Positions 36,185 to 45,859 of a stretch of DNA of 64,000 nt are shown piece after piece; positions within the stretch are counted from its first letter, which is position 1; every line of letters starts with the position of its first letter. Source of the DNA: Pseudomonadota bacterium (GTDB taxonomy: Bacteria > Desulfobacterota > Desulfobacteria > Desulfobacterales > JBDRRP01); NCBI GenBank assembly GCA_043825735.1, contig JBDRRP010000129.1, positions 1 to 64,000 on the forward strand. Direction: 5' to 3'. The notes beneath the pieces were generated by a model, which searched no databases, had not been told where the DNA came from, and saw nothing but the letters and a program-made list of their open reading frames with translations. Position numbers and translations under genes: made by a program.

Positions 36185-37003
36185 ATGACAAGCTCCAAAA
36201 CACAGGCCGGCTTCAACCCGCTTGAGATCTCGTTCAACAATACGGCGGATATCATCGTTTTTATTGGTCCGGATGGCGCCCTGCTGGAGATGAACCCGCA
36301 GTTTGAAAAGATCACCGGCCGCAAGATCGCCGATGTGGTCGGCATCCCGTTTCCAAAAACCGGTCTGCTGTCGGAAACGGCCGTCACCACCATCAAGAAA
36401 AACCTCCTCGCCCTTCTCGACAACCAGCACGCCCCCGCCTTTGAAATCGAGTTAAAAACCGTCAAATCGGGATTTCAGCCGTTCGAGGTCCGCGGAACGC
36501 GCGTTTTGGATACTGACGGCAAGATCATTGCCATCCACGCCGTCATGAGAAATATTGCCAAACAAAAACAATATGCCCAGGATATTCTGGAGCTTAAGGA
36601 ATTTCTAAACAGTGTCCTCAACGCTTGCCCGGATCCGGTTTTCGTCAAAGACCGCTACCACCGGTGGGTCATCCTCAACGACGCGTTTTGCCAATTTATC
36701 GGAAAACCCTTTGCCGAGCTCATCGGGAAATCCGACTACGATATCTTTCCCAAAGAAGAAGCGGAAGTTTTCTGGAAAATGGACAACGCGGTCTTTGAAA
36801 CCGGAAAACCCAACGAAAACGTCGAAAAATTCACCGACGCCGGCGGCAAGACCTCTCTCATCCGCACCCGCAAATCCATCTTCACAAACCCCATGACCGG
36901 CGCCATGTTTCTTTTCGGCATTATCCAAAAGACCACCGATCCCAAACCCGATCGAGAAAAACTCAAGCAGATCGGCTCGGCGCTTAGGCGCCTGGTGCGT
37001 TAA
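36185..37003 (+). CDS. Tandem PAS-domain protein without output domain
   Basis: Two PAS repeats (MNPQFEKITG; PDPVFVKD..HRWVILNDAFC..IGKSDYDIFP). Confidence 0.85.
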   Translation: MTSSKTQAGFNPLEISFNNTADIIVFIGPDGALLEMNPQFEKITGRKIADVVGIPFPKTGLLSETAVTTIKKNLLALLDNQHAPAFEIELKTVKSGFQPFEVRGTRVLDTDGKIIAIHAVMRNIAKQKQYAQDILELKEFLNSVLNACPDPVFVKDRYHRWVILNDAFCQFIGKPFAELIGKSDYDIFPKEEAEVFWKMDNAVFETGKPNENVEKFTDAGGKTSLIRTRKSIFTNPMTGAMFLFGIIQKTTDPKPDREKLKQIGSALRRLVR

Positions 37004-37039
37004 AACCGTGGGATCGGGCCATCTTTCCGGTCCATGAGG

Positions 37040-38335
37040 TCAGAAGTGGCGCTGAGCCGCCGCACCGGCGTTGTGTCCCGTCCGCCAGCGGGTCAGACGG
37101 GACCAGCGGGGTGGTTTGCGACCGTTGAAGAAATCGGCGTCAGCGTAGTAGGCCAGGTCGGAAATCCAGAGGCGATAGAAATCCCTGCCTCTAATCAGAC
37201 CGGTGATAGCGGCCGGCGGCCACCGGAAGTCGCACAGCAACGGCCCCAGCATCTCCGACGGGTCCCTGAAACACTCCCAGTCGCATCGGTCACATGACGC
37301 CTTCCTGGCACCGCTGTTTGGGGCCATCCGCCAATACGGGCCAAAGTTTTCCCTGCCCCGATAGCCACAGGGAAACGTCCCGGCGCCATCAGCGGAGACA
37401 AAAAAGAAATCTACGCCGCCCCGGCAGGGGTAGGGGGACGAGCGCCCGTGCCCGTGCGCGGCAGCAAGATGGTGTAGACCTGAAAGGGGAGAAAAAATGC
37501 GCAGCCGCCAGCGGTGCTCGGGCACGACCGCCTTCAGGGCCTGAAACAAGGCGACTTTTTCCGGCTTGCTGAACGAAATCAACCGCCGGGAAGATGACGC
37601 CGCATAGACCGGGGAGAGACCGTCCGCCCCGGTGGTATCGGCACTCATGGGATAGCAGGTATTGGCGATGGTGAATCCGAGATCGGCGGCAAAACGGTAA
37701 AACCGGTGGAACGCCTCGACATACCGCCGGTAGAACGACTCCAGATAGGCCTGTGCGGATGAATAGGCTTCGGGGAAAAGACCGGCGGTAAAACCGCCGG
37801 CGATATTCCTGTTGATGCCCAGGTTGGCGGAAGGGTAAATGCCCCTGTCGTTAAAAATGGGCATCGCCTTTTCAATGCCGCGGATCACCCCCGGCAACCC
37901 GCGCATCGCCTCATGGACCTCCGGCAGGACCGAGTCGATGCTGATCCAGAAATTGCGCAGCTGTGTCTCGGCCAGTGCATCCGCCAGCCGCGACACCCTG
38001 TCACGAAAATCAGCGGCTTCTGGTTTCTGAAATACGAAGCCGTTGGTCCCGGTACGGATCAGCGGAAACCCGAGCGTCGAAGCGTGCTTCAGCGCCTCGA
38101 TAAGAAACTTGCGGCGCAGCAGTGGCTCGCCGCCGGTAAACGATACCGCCTGCACACCGTTTCGCGCGGCGGCATATAGAATGCGCCGAAGGCACGCTAC
38201 CGACATGTGACGGCGCTTTCCCCCGGCATTTCGGTTCATGCCGCACTGGGGGCACGCGGCGTTGCAGTGGTCGGTCACCTGAATGACGATCTGACCCGGG
38301 GCCCTCCCGCGCAGCAATGGTTGCAGCGCCTTCAC
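37040..38335 (-). CDS. Radical SAM protein with C-terminal auxiliary Cys cluster (SPASM/twitch-like)
   Basis: CNAACPQC, SFTGGEPLL, TNG, ISIDS, CRGG...PCG...CDRCDWEC; GAGGT RBS before GTG. Confidence 0.9.
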   Translation of the reverse strand: MKALQPLLRGRAPGQIVIQVTDHCNAACPQCGMNRNAGGKRRHMSVACLRRILYAAARNGVQAVSFTGGEPLLRRKFLIEALKHASTLGFPLIRTGTNGFVFQKPEAADFRDRVSRLADALAETQLRNFWISIDSVLPEVHEAMRGLPGVIRGIEKAMPIFNDRGIYPSANLGINRNIAGGFTAGLFPEAYSSAQAYLESFYRRYVEAFHRFYRFAADLGFTIANTCYPMSADTTGADGLSPVYAASSSRRLISFSKPEKVALFQALKAVVPEHRWRLRIFSPLSGLHHLAAAHGHGRSSPYPCRGGVDFFFVSADGAGTFPCGYRGRENFGPYWRMAPNSGARKASCDRCDWECFRDPSEMLGPLLCDFRWPPAAITGLIRGRDFYRLWISDLAYYADADFFNGRKPPRWSRLTRWRTGHNAGAAAQRHF

Positions 38336-38524
38336 GAAACACCTCGGGAAAGAAGCCGCTCACCGTAAAGTCCCCGCTGGATCCCCACTGGGACAATGCG
38401 TATCGCACCCGTATCTCGCCACCGGCCTGCCATCCTGTTTTTCCGGGTCGCTGTCATCTTGTCGCCGCTCACTGATTTCGGGCTGCAAGACGCCGTCCCG
38501 ATGCTGGCATTGATCACAGGGCGC

Positions 38525-38638
38525 CGTTACCGAATCATGAGGGAACCGTTAAAATTACCGCTCCGGCGTGCAGTGCGGCACCGATTAACGGATTCCTAAC
38601 CGTTTGCTCACAGAGTCATAAGCCCATCGCTTTAGGGT
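38525..38638. promoter_or_regulatory. Divergent candidate Pho-box arrays between the radical SAM gene and pstS
   Basis: Plus strand: TTAACG/CTAACC/CTCACA/ATAAGC at 38585/38596/38607/38618 then TAGGGT at 38633. Minus strand: TTAACG/CTCATG/GTAACG at 38552/38541/38530. Confidence 0.6.
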
Positions 38639-38704
38639 TTCTCCGCAGCCGCTGACAGCGCTGCTGACAGTCTATCCATAACCATAATAAGGGATCTTAA
38701 GGAC

Positions 38705-39778
38705 ATGCGGCGCCAAGTGTTATTACCCGCTCTGGCAGTGGGCATATGTTTGTCCATCGTCTCCGCGCGCGCGTCCTGGAGCCAGGACTCAGGACCGGCA
38801 GCGGCCCAGATCCTCACCGGCGCCGGAGCCACCTTCCCCGCGCTATTGTACCGGGAATGGATCCGCGCATTTCAAAACGAAACCGGTATCCGCATCGCCT
38901 ATGAAGAAACCGGCTCCGGCAAAGGCATTCAGAAACTGCTCAGCCGGGATGTCGATTTCGGCGCTACGGACGCCTTCCTGAACGATTCCGAAACCGCGGT
39001 GTCCGGCAACCGGATCCTTCATTTCCCGACCTGCGTCGGCGCCGTGGCGGTTATCTATCATCTACCGGGCGACCCCGGCATAGACATGACCCCGTCGGTG
39101 CTGGCCGACATTTTTCTTGGAAAAATTCGCCGCTGGAACGCACCATCGATCCGTGCGATCAATACCGACGCTGCGCTGCCGGACCAGACGGTGAACGTCA
39201 TCCACCGCTCGGACAGCAGCGGCACCACATTCCTTTTTACCGATTTTCTGACAAAAACATCCGACGCCTGGCGGGAGCAGGTGGGCAGCGGGAAAAAAAT
39301 CGCATGGCCGGTCGGCATGGGGGTGGATGGCAACGGCAACGTTGCCGCGATGGTGAAGAAGATTCCGGGCAGCATCGGCTATGTGTCCATGACGTATGCG
39401 CTGCAAAACCGCATCCCCATGGCCGCTATTCAAAACCGCAGCGGAAGATACGTTGCGCCGTCCGTCGAGAGCGTGTCCCTGGCCGCCCAGGTATCACTGC
39501 CGGCCGATGCGCGCCTCATGATCACAGATACCCCCGCAGCCGGCGGCTACCCCATCAGCGCCTTTACCTATCTGATTGTCTTTGCCGAACAGTCTTACGC
39601 GAACCGGTCGGAAACCAGGGCCCAGGCGCTGGCAGACTTATTGAACTGGACCCTGACAAAGGGGCAGTCGTTCAATGCCGGGTTGCACTATGCGCCGCTG
39701 CCCGCAGGCGCCGTTGAGACGATCACCCGGCAGCTCTTGCGCCTTACCTGGAATGGAGCGCCGCTATGGCCGCGCTGA
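38705..39778 (+). CDS. pstS: Phosphate ABC transporter substrate-binding protein PstS
   Basis: Signal peptide; GAGATFP, GSGKG, VDFGATD, HRSDSSGTT, GSIGYV, YPIS. Confidence 0.93.
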   Translation: MRRQVLLPALAVGICLSIVSARASWSQDSGPAAAQILTGAGATFPALLYREWIRAFQNETGIRIAYEETGSGKGIQKLLSRDVDFGATDAFLNDSETAVSGNRILHFPTCVGAVAVIYHLPGDPGIDMTPSVLADIFLGKIRRWNAPSIRAINTDAALPDQTVNVIHRSDSSGTTFLFTDFLTKTSDAWREQVGSGKKIAWPVGMGVDGNGNVAAMVKKIPGSIGYVSMTYALQNRIPMAAIQNRSGRYVAPSVESVSLAAQVSLPADARLMITDTPAAGGYPISAFTYLIVFAEQSYANRSETRAQALADLLNWTLTKGQSFNAGLHYAPLPAGAVETITRQLLRLTWNGAPLWPR

Positions 39779-42684
39779 GAACCCTGTACGGCACTGTCCT
39801 CACACTGACGGTGATCGTGCTGGAGACGTTTTTCTGGTCTCCCGGATTAGGCGCCGATCAGTCGCACCCGCGCCCCGTCCGGGTCGGGGTGTTCGATCTC
39901 GAACCGCTGAGTTGCTCCTGCCCGGATATGCGAGGTGACACCCGGCCGGTCCTCGGCCTAATCTTCGACCATATTGCGCACCGGGAAAACTGGCGCGTAA
40001 CGATCGTCGGCGGCACACTCCAAGAACTCGAAGCCTTGCTGTCGAAGGCAGACATCGACCTGCTGCTGGCCGCCCCGTATTCCCGTGATAAATCGACCCG
40101 GTTCCAGTATTCACGCCAGAACGTCATCTCAACCTGGGCGCGCGTGTATGCCCCTGAAGGCTCCCAGGTCCAGTCACTGCTCGACCTAAAGGGCCGCAGC
40201 GTCGGAGTTGTCAAAAACAGCCCTTACAACCAGGCTCTGCGGCGCCTGCTGGAGCAGTTCAATATCAACGCGGCCATCGTTGAATTCGATCGGCCCGAAG
40301 CCGTCCTCCAAGGCATCTCCGAGCACTGGATCGACGCCGGCGCGGTGGATCGGTTTTTTGGCATCCTCACCGCGGAGCGCTATCCGGTTCAGGAAACAAT
40401 GGCGGTGTTTTCTCCCATCGAGCTGCGGTTCGCCGCACCGCTTTCGGCCAAAGGCGATCTCCTGGAGGCCATCGACTATCATTTCACCATTCTCAAGCAA
40501 GACAAAGGCTCGCTCTACCACCAGCTGCTCAACCGCGCCCTGGTGACCCCAGAACGCTCCAGACTGCTCGAATACCTGAGCTGGGGCCTTGCCGTTGCCG
40601 CCGCCGGGGTCCTTCTCTTCGGCGGCATCGCGGTGTTGCTCCGGCAACAAGTGAAATCGCACACGCGGGAACTCGCCCAGAAAAAGGCAGATCTGATCGA
40701 GGAACTCAAACAACGCAAAGCCGCAGAGACTGCCGCTCGCAAAAACGAGGAGCGCTATCGCAGCGCATTCAACAATACCAGCGCGGGAATGATTCTGTTC
40801 GACGACTCGCTAAGGATCCATGCCGCCAACACGGTAGCGAGAACGCTGTCTGGCTTCACGAATATCGGCGCCCCGGCGCACAACCGGTTGACCGATTTCA
40901 TTCTTCCCGAAGATCTCCAGCGGATTCGCGCCACCGCAGACGTGAACGCCGAATTGGGACTGCCGCTCAGCAGTGACCTGGAACTGCGCATCATGGACTG
41001 TCACGGCACCATCAAGCACGTTTTAGGCCGTATCAATGCCATCCCGGAAACCGGACAGTACATCGCTTCCGTCATCGACATCACCGAGCGCATCCGTGGC
41101 GAAGCCGAGCGTGTCCGGCTGGCCACAGCCATTGAACAGTCCACCGACAGCATTTTCATCACCGATAAGGATCGCCGCATCATTTATATGAACCCGGCTT
41201 TTGAAGAGATGACCGGCCATGGGCGCGATGCGGTCATCGGCCGCACCCCCGAATTTCTTTGGGTGAACCCATCCGATGACGCCAGAATCGCAAATATCAT
41301 CGCCCACACCGACGGCGGCCATACCTGGCGCGGCAGGCTGACCAATCGCCGCAAGGACGGTACGACGTTTGAAACCCAGACGGCCATTTCCCCCATCCGC
41401 GACCCTGCCGGCGTCATCACCAACTACGTGAATGTCAAGCGCGATATTTCCGTGGAGTGCCGGCTGGAGGACCAACTCCGGGAAGCCCAGAAGATGCAGG
41501 CAGTGGGCACTCTGGCCGGGGGCATCGCTCACGACTTCAACAACATTCTGGCGGCCATCATGGGATACACCGAAATCTCCCTGTACGATTTGCCCGAAGA
41601 AGCCCCATCCCGGGGCAGGCTGCTTCAGGTCCTGTCAGCCTGCGACCGCGCCAAAGACCTCATCGGCCAGATCCTGACTTTCAGCCGCAAGGATGACGCC
41701 TCTCAAAAACCCATGTCCCTCGGCGTTGTCGTCAACGAGGCCATCAAGCTGCTGCGGGCCACCCTTCCGCCGGCCATCACTTTTTACACCACGAAAATCG
41801 ACACCACGTCTGTAATAAAGGCCAACGCCACCCAGATGCATCAGATTGTGATGAATCTTTGCACCAATGCGGCCTATGCCATGAGAAGTCAGGCGAATGG
41901 GGATCTGTCGGTCTCGCTGCAACTAGAACGGATCTGTGAACATCAGGCCGGCACACTGGATCTGAAACCCGGCCGGTACCTTGTCCTGAGCGTTTCCGAC
42001 AGCGGCACCGGCATGGATCGTGACACGCGGCAGCGTCTGTTCGAACCATTTTTCACGACCAAACCCAAAAGCGAGGGAACGGGCCTGGGCCTTTCGGTGG
42101 TTCATGGCATCGTTAAAAGCCATGCCGGCGCCGTGACCGTGGATAGCGCGGTGGGCAAGGGGACCACCTTTCGGCTGTACTTCCCGGAGGCGGCAGGCGC
42201 GCAGACCGCCGCCGCCGAAAATGTGAAACAGCTGCCCCGGGGAAAAGGTGAGATCCTCTTTGTCGACGACGAAAAAATGCTCACGGCCACGGCCGATGAA
42301 CTCATCTCCTGTCTGGGCTACACCCTCTCGGTGTTCAACAGCCCGCTGCAGGCGCTCAACCGGTTCAACGAGTCCCCCGAACGATTCGATCTGGTCGTCA
42401 CCGATTACCACATGCCGAAAATGGACGGGCTGTCGCTGGCGGCGCGCATTCACGCCCTGCGGCCCGATATGCCCATCGTTTTGTGCACCGGTTACAAGGC
42501 CGATTTGAGTGCGACGACACTGTCGGAATGCGGCATTCTTCACATCCTCGATAAGCCGTTTCAGCATATGGAACTGGCCGGCGTCATCCATGACCTCATC
42601 TCCAGGCCGAAAGCGGATGGCGCCAGGGTGTCGACCATTCGAAAACCGGCCATGGAACCGAGGCTGGCGGCCGAAGCGCGCTGA
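39766..42684 (+). CDS. Hybrid sensor histidine kinase (periplasmic SBP-type domain, TM, 2 PAS, HisKA, HATPase, receiver)
   Basis: LAGGIAHDFNNIL, MNLCTNA, FEPFFTTK, GTGLGLS, LFVDDE, VTDYHMPKMDG; 13-bp overlap with pstS. Confidence 0.92.
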   Translation: MAALRTLYGTVLTLTVIVLETFFWSPGLGADQSHPRPVRVGVFDLEPLSCSCPDMRGDTRPVLGLIFDHIAHRENWRVTIVGGTLQELEALLSKADIDLLLAAPYSRDKSTRFQYSRQNVISTWARVYAPEGSQVQSLLDLKGRSVGVVKNSPYNQALRRLLEQFNINAAIVEFDRPEAVLQGISEHWIDAGAVDRFFGILTAERYPVQETMAVFSPIELRFAAPLSAKGDLLEAIDYHFTILKQDKGSLYHQLLNRALVTPERSRLLEYLSWGLAVAAAGVLLFGGIAVLLRQQVKSHTRELAQKKADLIEELKQRKAAETAARKNEERYRSAFNNTSAGMILFDDSLRIHAANTVARTLSGFTNIGAPAHNRLTDFILPEDLQRIRATADVNAELGLPLSSDLELRIMDCHGTIKHVLGRINAIPETGQYIASVIDITERIRGEAERVRLATAIEQSTDSIFITDKDRRIIYMNPAFEEMTGHGRDAVIGRTPEFLWVNPSDDARIANIIAHTDGGHTWRGRLTNRRKDGTTFETQTAISPIRDPAGVITNYVNVKRDISVECRLEDQLREAQKMQAVGTLAGGIAHDFNNILAAIMGYTEISLYDLPEEAPSRGRLLQVLSACDRAKDLIGQILTFSRKDDASQKPMSLGVVVNEAIKLLRATLPPAITFYTTKIDTTSVIKANATQMHQIVMNLCTNAAYAMRSQANGDLSVSLQLERICEHQAGTLDLKPGRYLVLSVSDSGTGMDRDTRQRLFEPFFTTKPKSEGTGLGLSVVHGIVKSHAGAVTVDSAVGKGTTFRLYFPEAAGAQTAAAENVKQLPRGKGEILFVDDEKMLTATADELISCLGYTLSVFNSPLQALNRFNESPERFDLVVTDYHMPKMDGLSLAARIHALRPDMPIVLCTGYKADLSATTLSECGILHILDKPFQHMELAGVIHDLISRPKADGARVSTIRKPAMEPRLAAEAR

Positions 42685-42737
42685 AAGGCCCTCGGCCACA
42701 GTTCTCCCCCCGCCCCGCGGGCGGCCGCGCACCGGCA

Positions 42738-42989
42738 TCAGGAAAAGAGCAGCGCAGCCCCCTTGTCCGTCAGACAGATCGTGTCAAACACGCCTTCATG
42801 CGGTTCGACGATACCGCTGCGGATGAGTTCCCGCACGGCCTGCTGAAAAGTGGCCGTCTCAGCTTTGTTCAGAGACTGTTTATACCCCAATTCCAGCCAG
42901 AGCCCGGGCAGGCAGAATTGATCGTCCTCACTCAGATCCCGAAATTTTCGAAGCAGTTCCACTTTTATGGATTTTCTGGTCTTATCCAC
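42738..42989 (-). CDS. Hypothetical protein (83 aa, possible winged helix)
   Basis: GGAGGT RBS before GTG 42989; FQQAVRELIRSGIVE...ICLTDKG pattern. Confidence 0.65.
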   Translation of the reverse strand: MDKTRKSIKVELLRKFRDLSEDDQFCLPGLWLELGYKQSLNKAETATFQQAVRELIRSGIVEPHEGVFDTICLTDKGAALLFS

Positions 42990-43121
42990 GGCCACCTCCA
43001 AATTATGTTAAATGATGCACCCGGCCAAACAGCGGACCGATCCAATCAGATGATGATTGCTTCTCCATGTTGCCGGCATTGGATATTCATTTAATCGGAC
43101 GGATAGCGATCGGAATCCGCC

Positions 43122-45578
43122 TCAGGCCATACGCACCCGGCCGTCCTCCCGATCGTCCGGGACGGATTTGAACATTTCCCAGAATTGCATAAACGCCCCG
43201 TCGAACCCCCGATGGGCCATGCTGGCGCGGGCGCGGCGGCCCATGAGGCGCCGCCGTTCGCCGTCCGCGGCCAGATCGGACATGGCGCTGGTGAGCGCCT
43301 TCAAGTCATTGCCCGGAACCACCAGCGCCGTTTCCCCGGCCACCACGTTTTCAACAGGACCACCGACATCGGTGACGATAACCGGGATTCCCGATGCCTG
43401 GGCCTCGAGCACGACGTTGCCGAAAGTGTCGGTGGTGCTGGGAAAGACAAACACATCGCAGGAAGCATACAAGGCGGCCAGTGCATCTCCGGAAAGGTAA
43501 CCGGTAAACGTCACCGGCAGCCCCCGAAGCAGCGTCTTCATTTCAGGCAGGTAGGGCCCATCGCCCGCCACCACCAGATGGATATCCGGAAGACGGGCCG
43601 CAAGGTCGCGGAAGGCTTGCGCCAGCAGGTCCAGGTTTTTTTCTTTGGACACCCTGCCGACGTAGAGAAAAGACAGGTTTTCGCGGATCCCGTAGACATC
43701 CCGCAGCACGCCGTTGCGATGCTTCGGGTGAAACCGCGCCACATCGATCCCCCGGGGGTAGCAGCGGACCTTGTCCTCGGCGATCCCCTTTTCCACCATT
43801 TCCCGGCGCGTGCTCTCGCTGGGCGCATAAACCACATCCATCTGATCGTAGAACCACAGCATGTAGCGCCAGGTGAGATCCTGAATTACCGCATCGCCGG
43901 TAAGAAACATGGCGTACTGGGGCATCTGAGTATGGTAGGTGCCGGTGACGGGAATCTTGAGGATATGGGCGATGGCCAGCCCGGCCAGACCGATAGGACC
44001 GGGTGTGGCGCAGTGGATATGAGAGACCTGCCGGTCGTAGCAAAATTGGATCATCTCGAGCAGCGGAGGGTAGAAAATGCGCTGCTCCGGATATTCGGGG
44101 ACTTCGAAGACTCCGATCGGTTGGAAATTTTGAATGTTGTCGGCGTCTGCCGAAGCCGCATCGGGCCAGCAGGTCATCATAATCAGGTCTTTGCCTTGGC
44201 TGGCGGCTACCTGCGCCTGCTGGCGAAGGGTCAGGGCCACGCCGTTGACTTCGTAAAAGGTATCGGTGAAATGTGCCACCGTCAGAAACCGCTCGGCACT
44301 GGCAGCCTGCGGTTCGGTCAGATTGAAGTGGCGCCGCATCCGGCGTGCGAAGGCCCGATCCCTCGAAAACAGGGTATAAGCCACAAAATAGGGCGCGAGC
44401 AGCGTATAGAGCCCTCCGGCGGCGCCGATCGTCTGAAACAGATCGAATACGTTGGCACCGGTTAACTGATTGAGCAACGGATCGGCAAAGCGCTTGAGCA
44501 CCCGGTTGGACACACGATTGACAAAATCAAACCAGATCCGCTCGGGGTCTTCACCGTCACGGCCCACGGTGTCGGTAACGGCAGCCAGCGCATCATCGGC
44601 GGCAAGCAGTCTGCGGGTTTCATTCTGAAGAATCTCAAGCATGGACGACGGCGACTGCTTCAGGGATTGCCGGTGCTTTCTGTGCTGCCAGAAATCGACA
44701 ATGCGGGTCATGATGCCGGCCCTGGGGCGGCCGGTGCCGCCTAAAGTGCCATCCAGAAACCGCATGAGGGCGTCGTCTTCGGCCCTGCGGCTGAGTCTGA
44801 GTTTGCTGCGGTAAAACCGGTAGGCGATACCGTAAAGATTGTGTGCCATGGACTCCGGTCGCGGAGCGATCCCCGCCGCGGCCGAACCGCCGGTGCGAAT
44901 CTGACGGATCAGGTTGTCCACGGTATTGTCACCATCGGCCACCGTGTAGGTGCGGGCGATATTGAGCCCGCTGTGGTCGTCCGAGCCCCCGGTGATCGAC
45001 TTGATCCAGGGCCGGTCAAAGGCCGGCAAGATGCCGTGACGGTCCGCCAGCTGTGCCATCATCCCGGGGGTAAGCGTACCGAGAATCATCTTCAGGCACT
45101 GATTGGACACCTCGTTTCGAGCGCCGTTCAGCTCAAAATGCTTGAACAGCAGCAGCATCTTTTCGAAATGCATTGGCGTCAACCGGTCATTGACAGGATA
45201 CAGGGCATGGGCCAGCACGTGGCAGATGTCTTCAGAGTGAAGATACGCGACCAGTTCATAGACGTTTTCCCGCGTCGCCTGAATATCCGCGTGCTGGGCC
45301 TCGGTGATGTTCAATGCCAGCACATGAAGCTTGCAGCGGTCCTCCGGGAAATACGTGGTGATCTCTTCACTGACGAACGTGTCCGGAAGGTGGGCGATTT
45401 CCATCGCGCCGTCGATGCGGTTGTGGTCGGTGATGGTCACCATCGTCATCCCCCGCGCCTTGGCCGCCCGGTAAATCTCCATCGGTTCGGTAAAGCTTTC
45501 CGGGCAGCCGATTTTTTTCAGCACCCAAGCTGACGGACGTCTGGAATATTTCGAGTGGACATGAAGATCGATCTGCAT
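43122..45578 (-). CDS. PHP phosphoesterase - GT4 glycosyltransferase fusion
   Basis: N-terminal DLHVHS, TDHN, EEIT, GGSDDHSG; C-terminal TDTFYEVNGVA, TYHT, YVGRVSKEKN, FPSTTDTFGNVVLEAQASG. Confidence 0.9.
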   Translation of the reverse strand: MQIDLHVHSKYSRRPSAWVLKKIGCPESFTEPMEIYRAAKARGMTMVTITDHNRIDGAMEIAHLPDTFVSEEITTYFPEDRCKLHVLALNITEAQHADIQATRENVYELVAYLHSEDICHVLAHALYPVNDRLTPMHFEKMLLLFKHFELNGARNEVSNQCLKMILGTLTPGMMAQLADRHGILPAFDRPWIKSITGGSDDHSGLNIARTYTVADGDNTVDNLIRQIRTGGSAAAGIAPRPESMAHNLYGIAYRFYRSKLRLSRRAEDDALMRFLDGTLGGTGRPRAGIMTRIVDFWQHRKHRQSLKQSPSSMLEILQNETRRLLAADDALAAVTDTVGRDGEDPERIWFDFVNRVSNRVLKRFADPLLNQLTGANVFDLFQTIGAAGGLYTLLAPYFVAYTLFSRDRAFARRMRRHFNLTEPQAASAERFLTVAHFTDTFYEVNGVALTLRQQAQVAASQGKDLIMMTCWPDAASADADNIQNFQPIGVFEVPEYPEQRIFYPPLLEMIQFCYDRQVSHIHCATPGPIGLAGLAIAHILKIPVTGTYHTQMPQYAMFLTGDAVIQDLTWRYMLWFYDQMDVVYAPSESTRREMVEKGIAEDKVRCYPRGIDVARFHPKHRNGVLRDVYGIRENLSFLYVGRVSKEKNLDLLAQAFRDLAARLPDIHLVVAGDGPYLPEMKTLLRGLPVTFTGYLSGDALAALYASCDVFVFPSTTDTFGNVVLEAQASGIPVIVTDVGGPVENVVAGETALVVPGNDLKALTSAMSDLAADGERRRLMGRRARASMAHRGFDGAFMQFWEMFKSVPDDREDGRVRMA

Positions 45579-45701
45579 TGAACCGCTCCCTTCAAGATGG
45601 GGTGCACAACCGGCTGTGGATTTCCTGACGGCGCAACAGGTTGTGGTATAAACCCAGTTGCCATCAATATATCGTCTATGGGCCTCCTTTGCTCATGCCT
45701 C

Positions 45702-45815
45702 TGTTACGGCATCGTTAAGAAACATTGAAAAATCTGTCACAGAGGTCGCTTCGCGGCGGTGCTAATCAGTTTCTAGCGTCGTCCTGACAGCACGTTAACC
45801 CGCACACCGTAGTGG
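45702..45815. promoter_or_regulatory. Divergent candidate Pho-box arrays between the PHP-GT4 and EAL/GGDEF genes
   Basis: Minus strand: GTGACA/TTCAAT/TTAACG/GTAACA at 45740/45729/45718/45707. Plus strand: CTAATC/CTAGCG/CTGACA/TTAACC at 45762/45773/45784/45795. Confidence 0.55.
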
Positions 45816-45859
45816 CATTGTGCTGTCGGTAACTTCACTCATTAAGGTTTCGCATACTG

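Noticed and set aside
38332..38517. Small ORF upstream of the radical SAM gene as a RiPP precursor
   Set aside because: No clear RBS, no leader/core pattern, and it abuts the probable promoter region; the stop/start overlap alone is weak evidence
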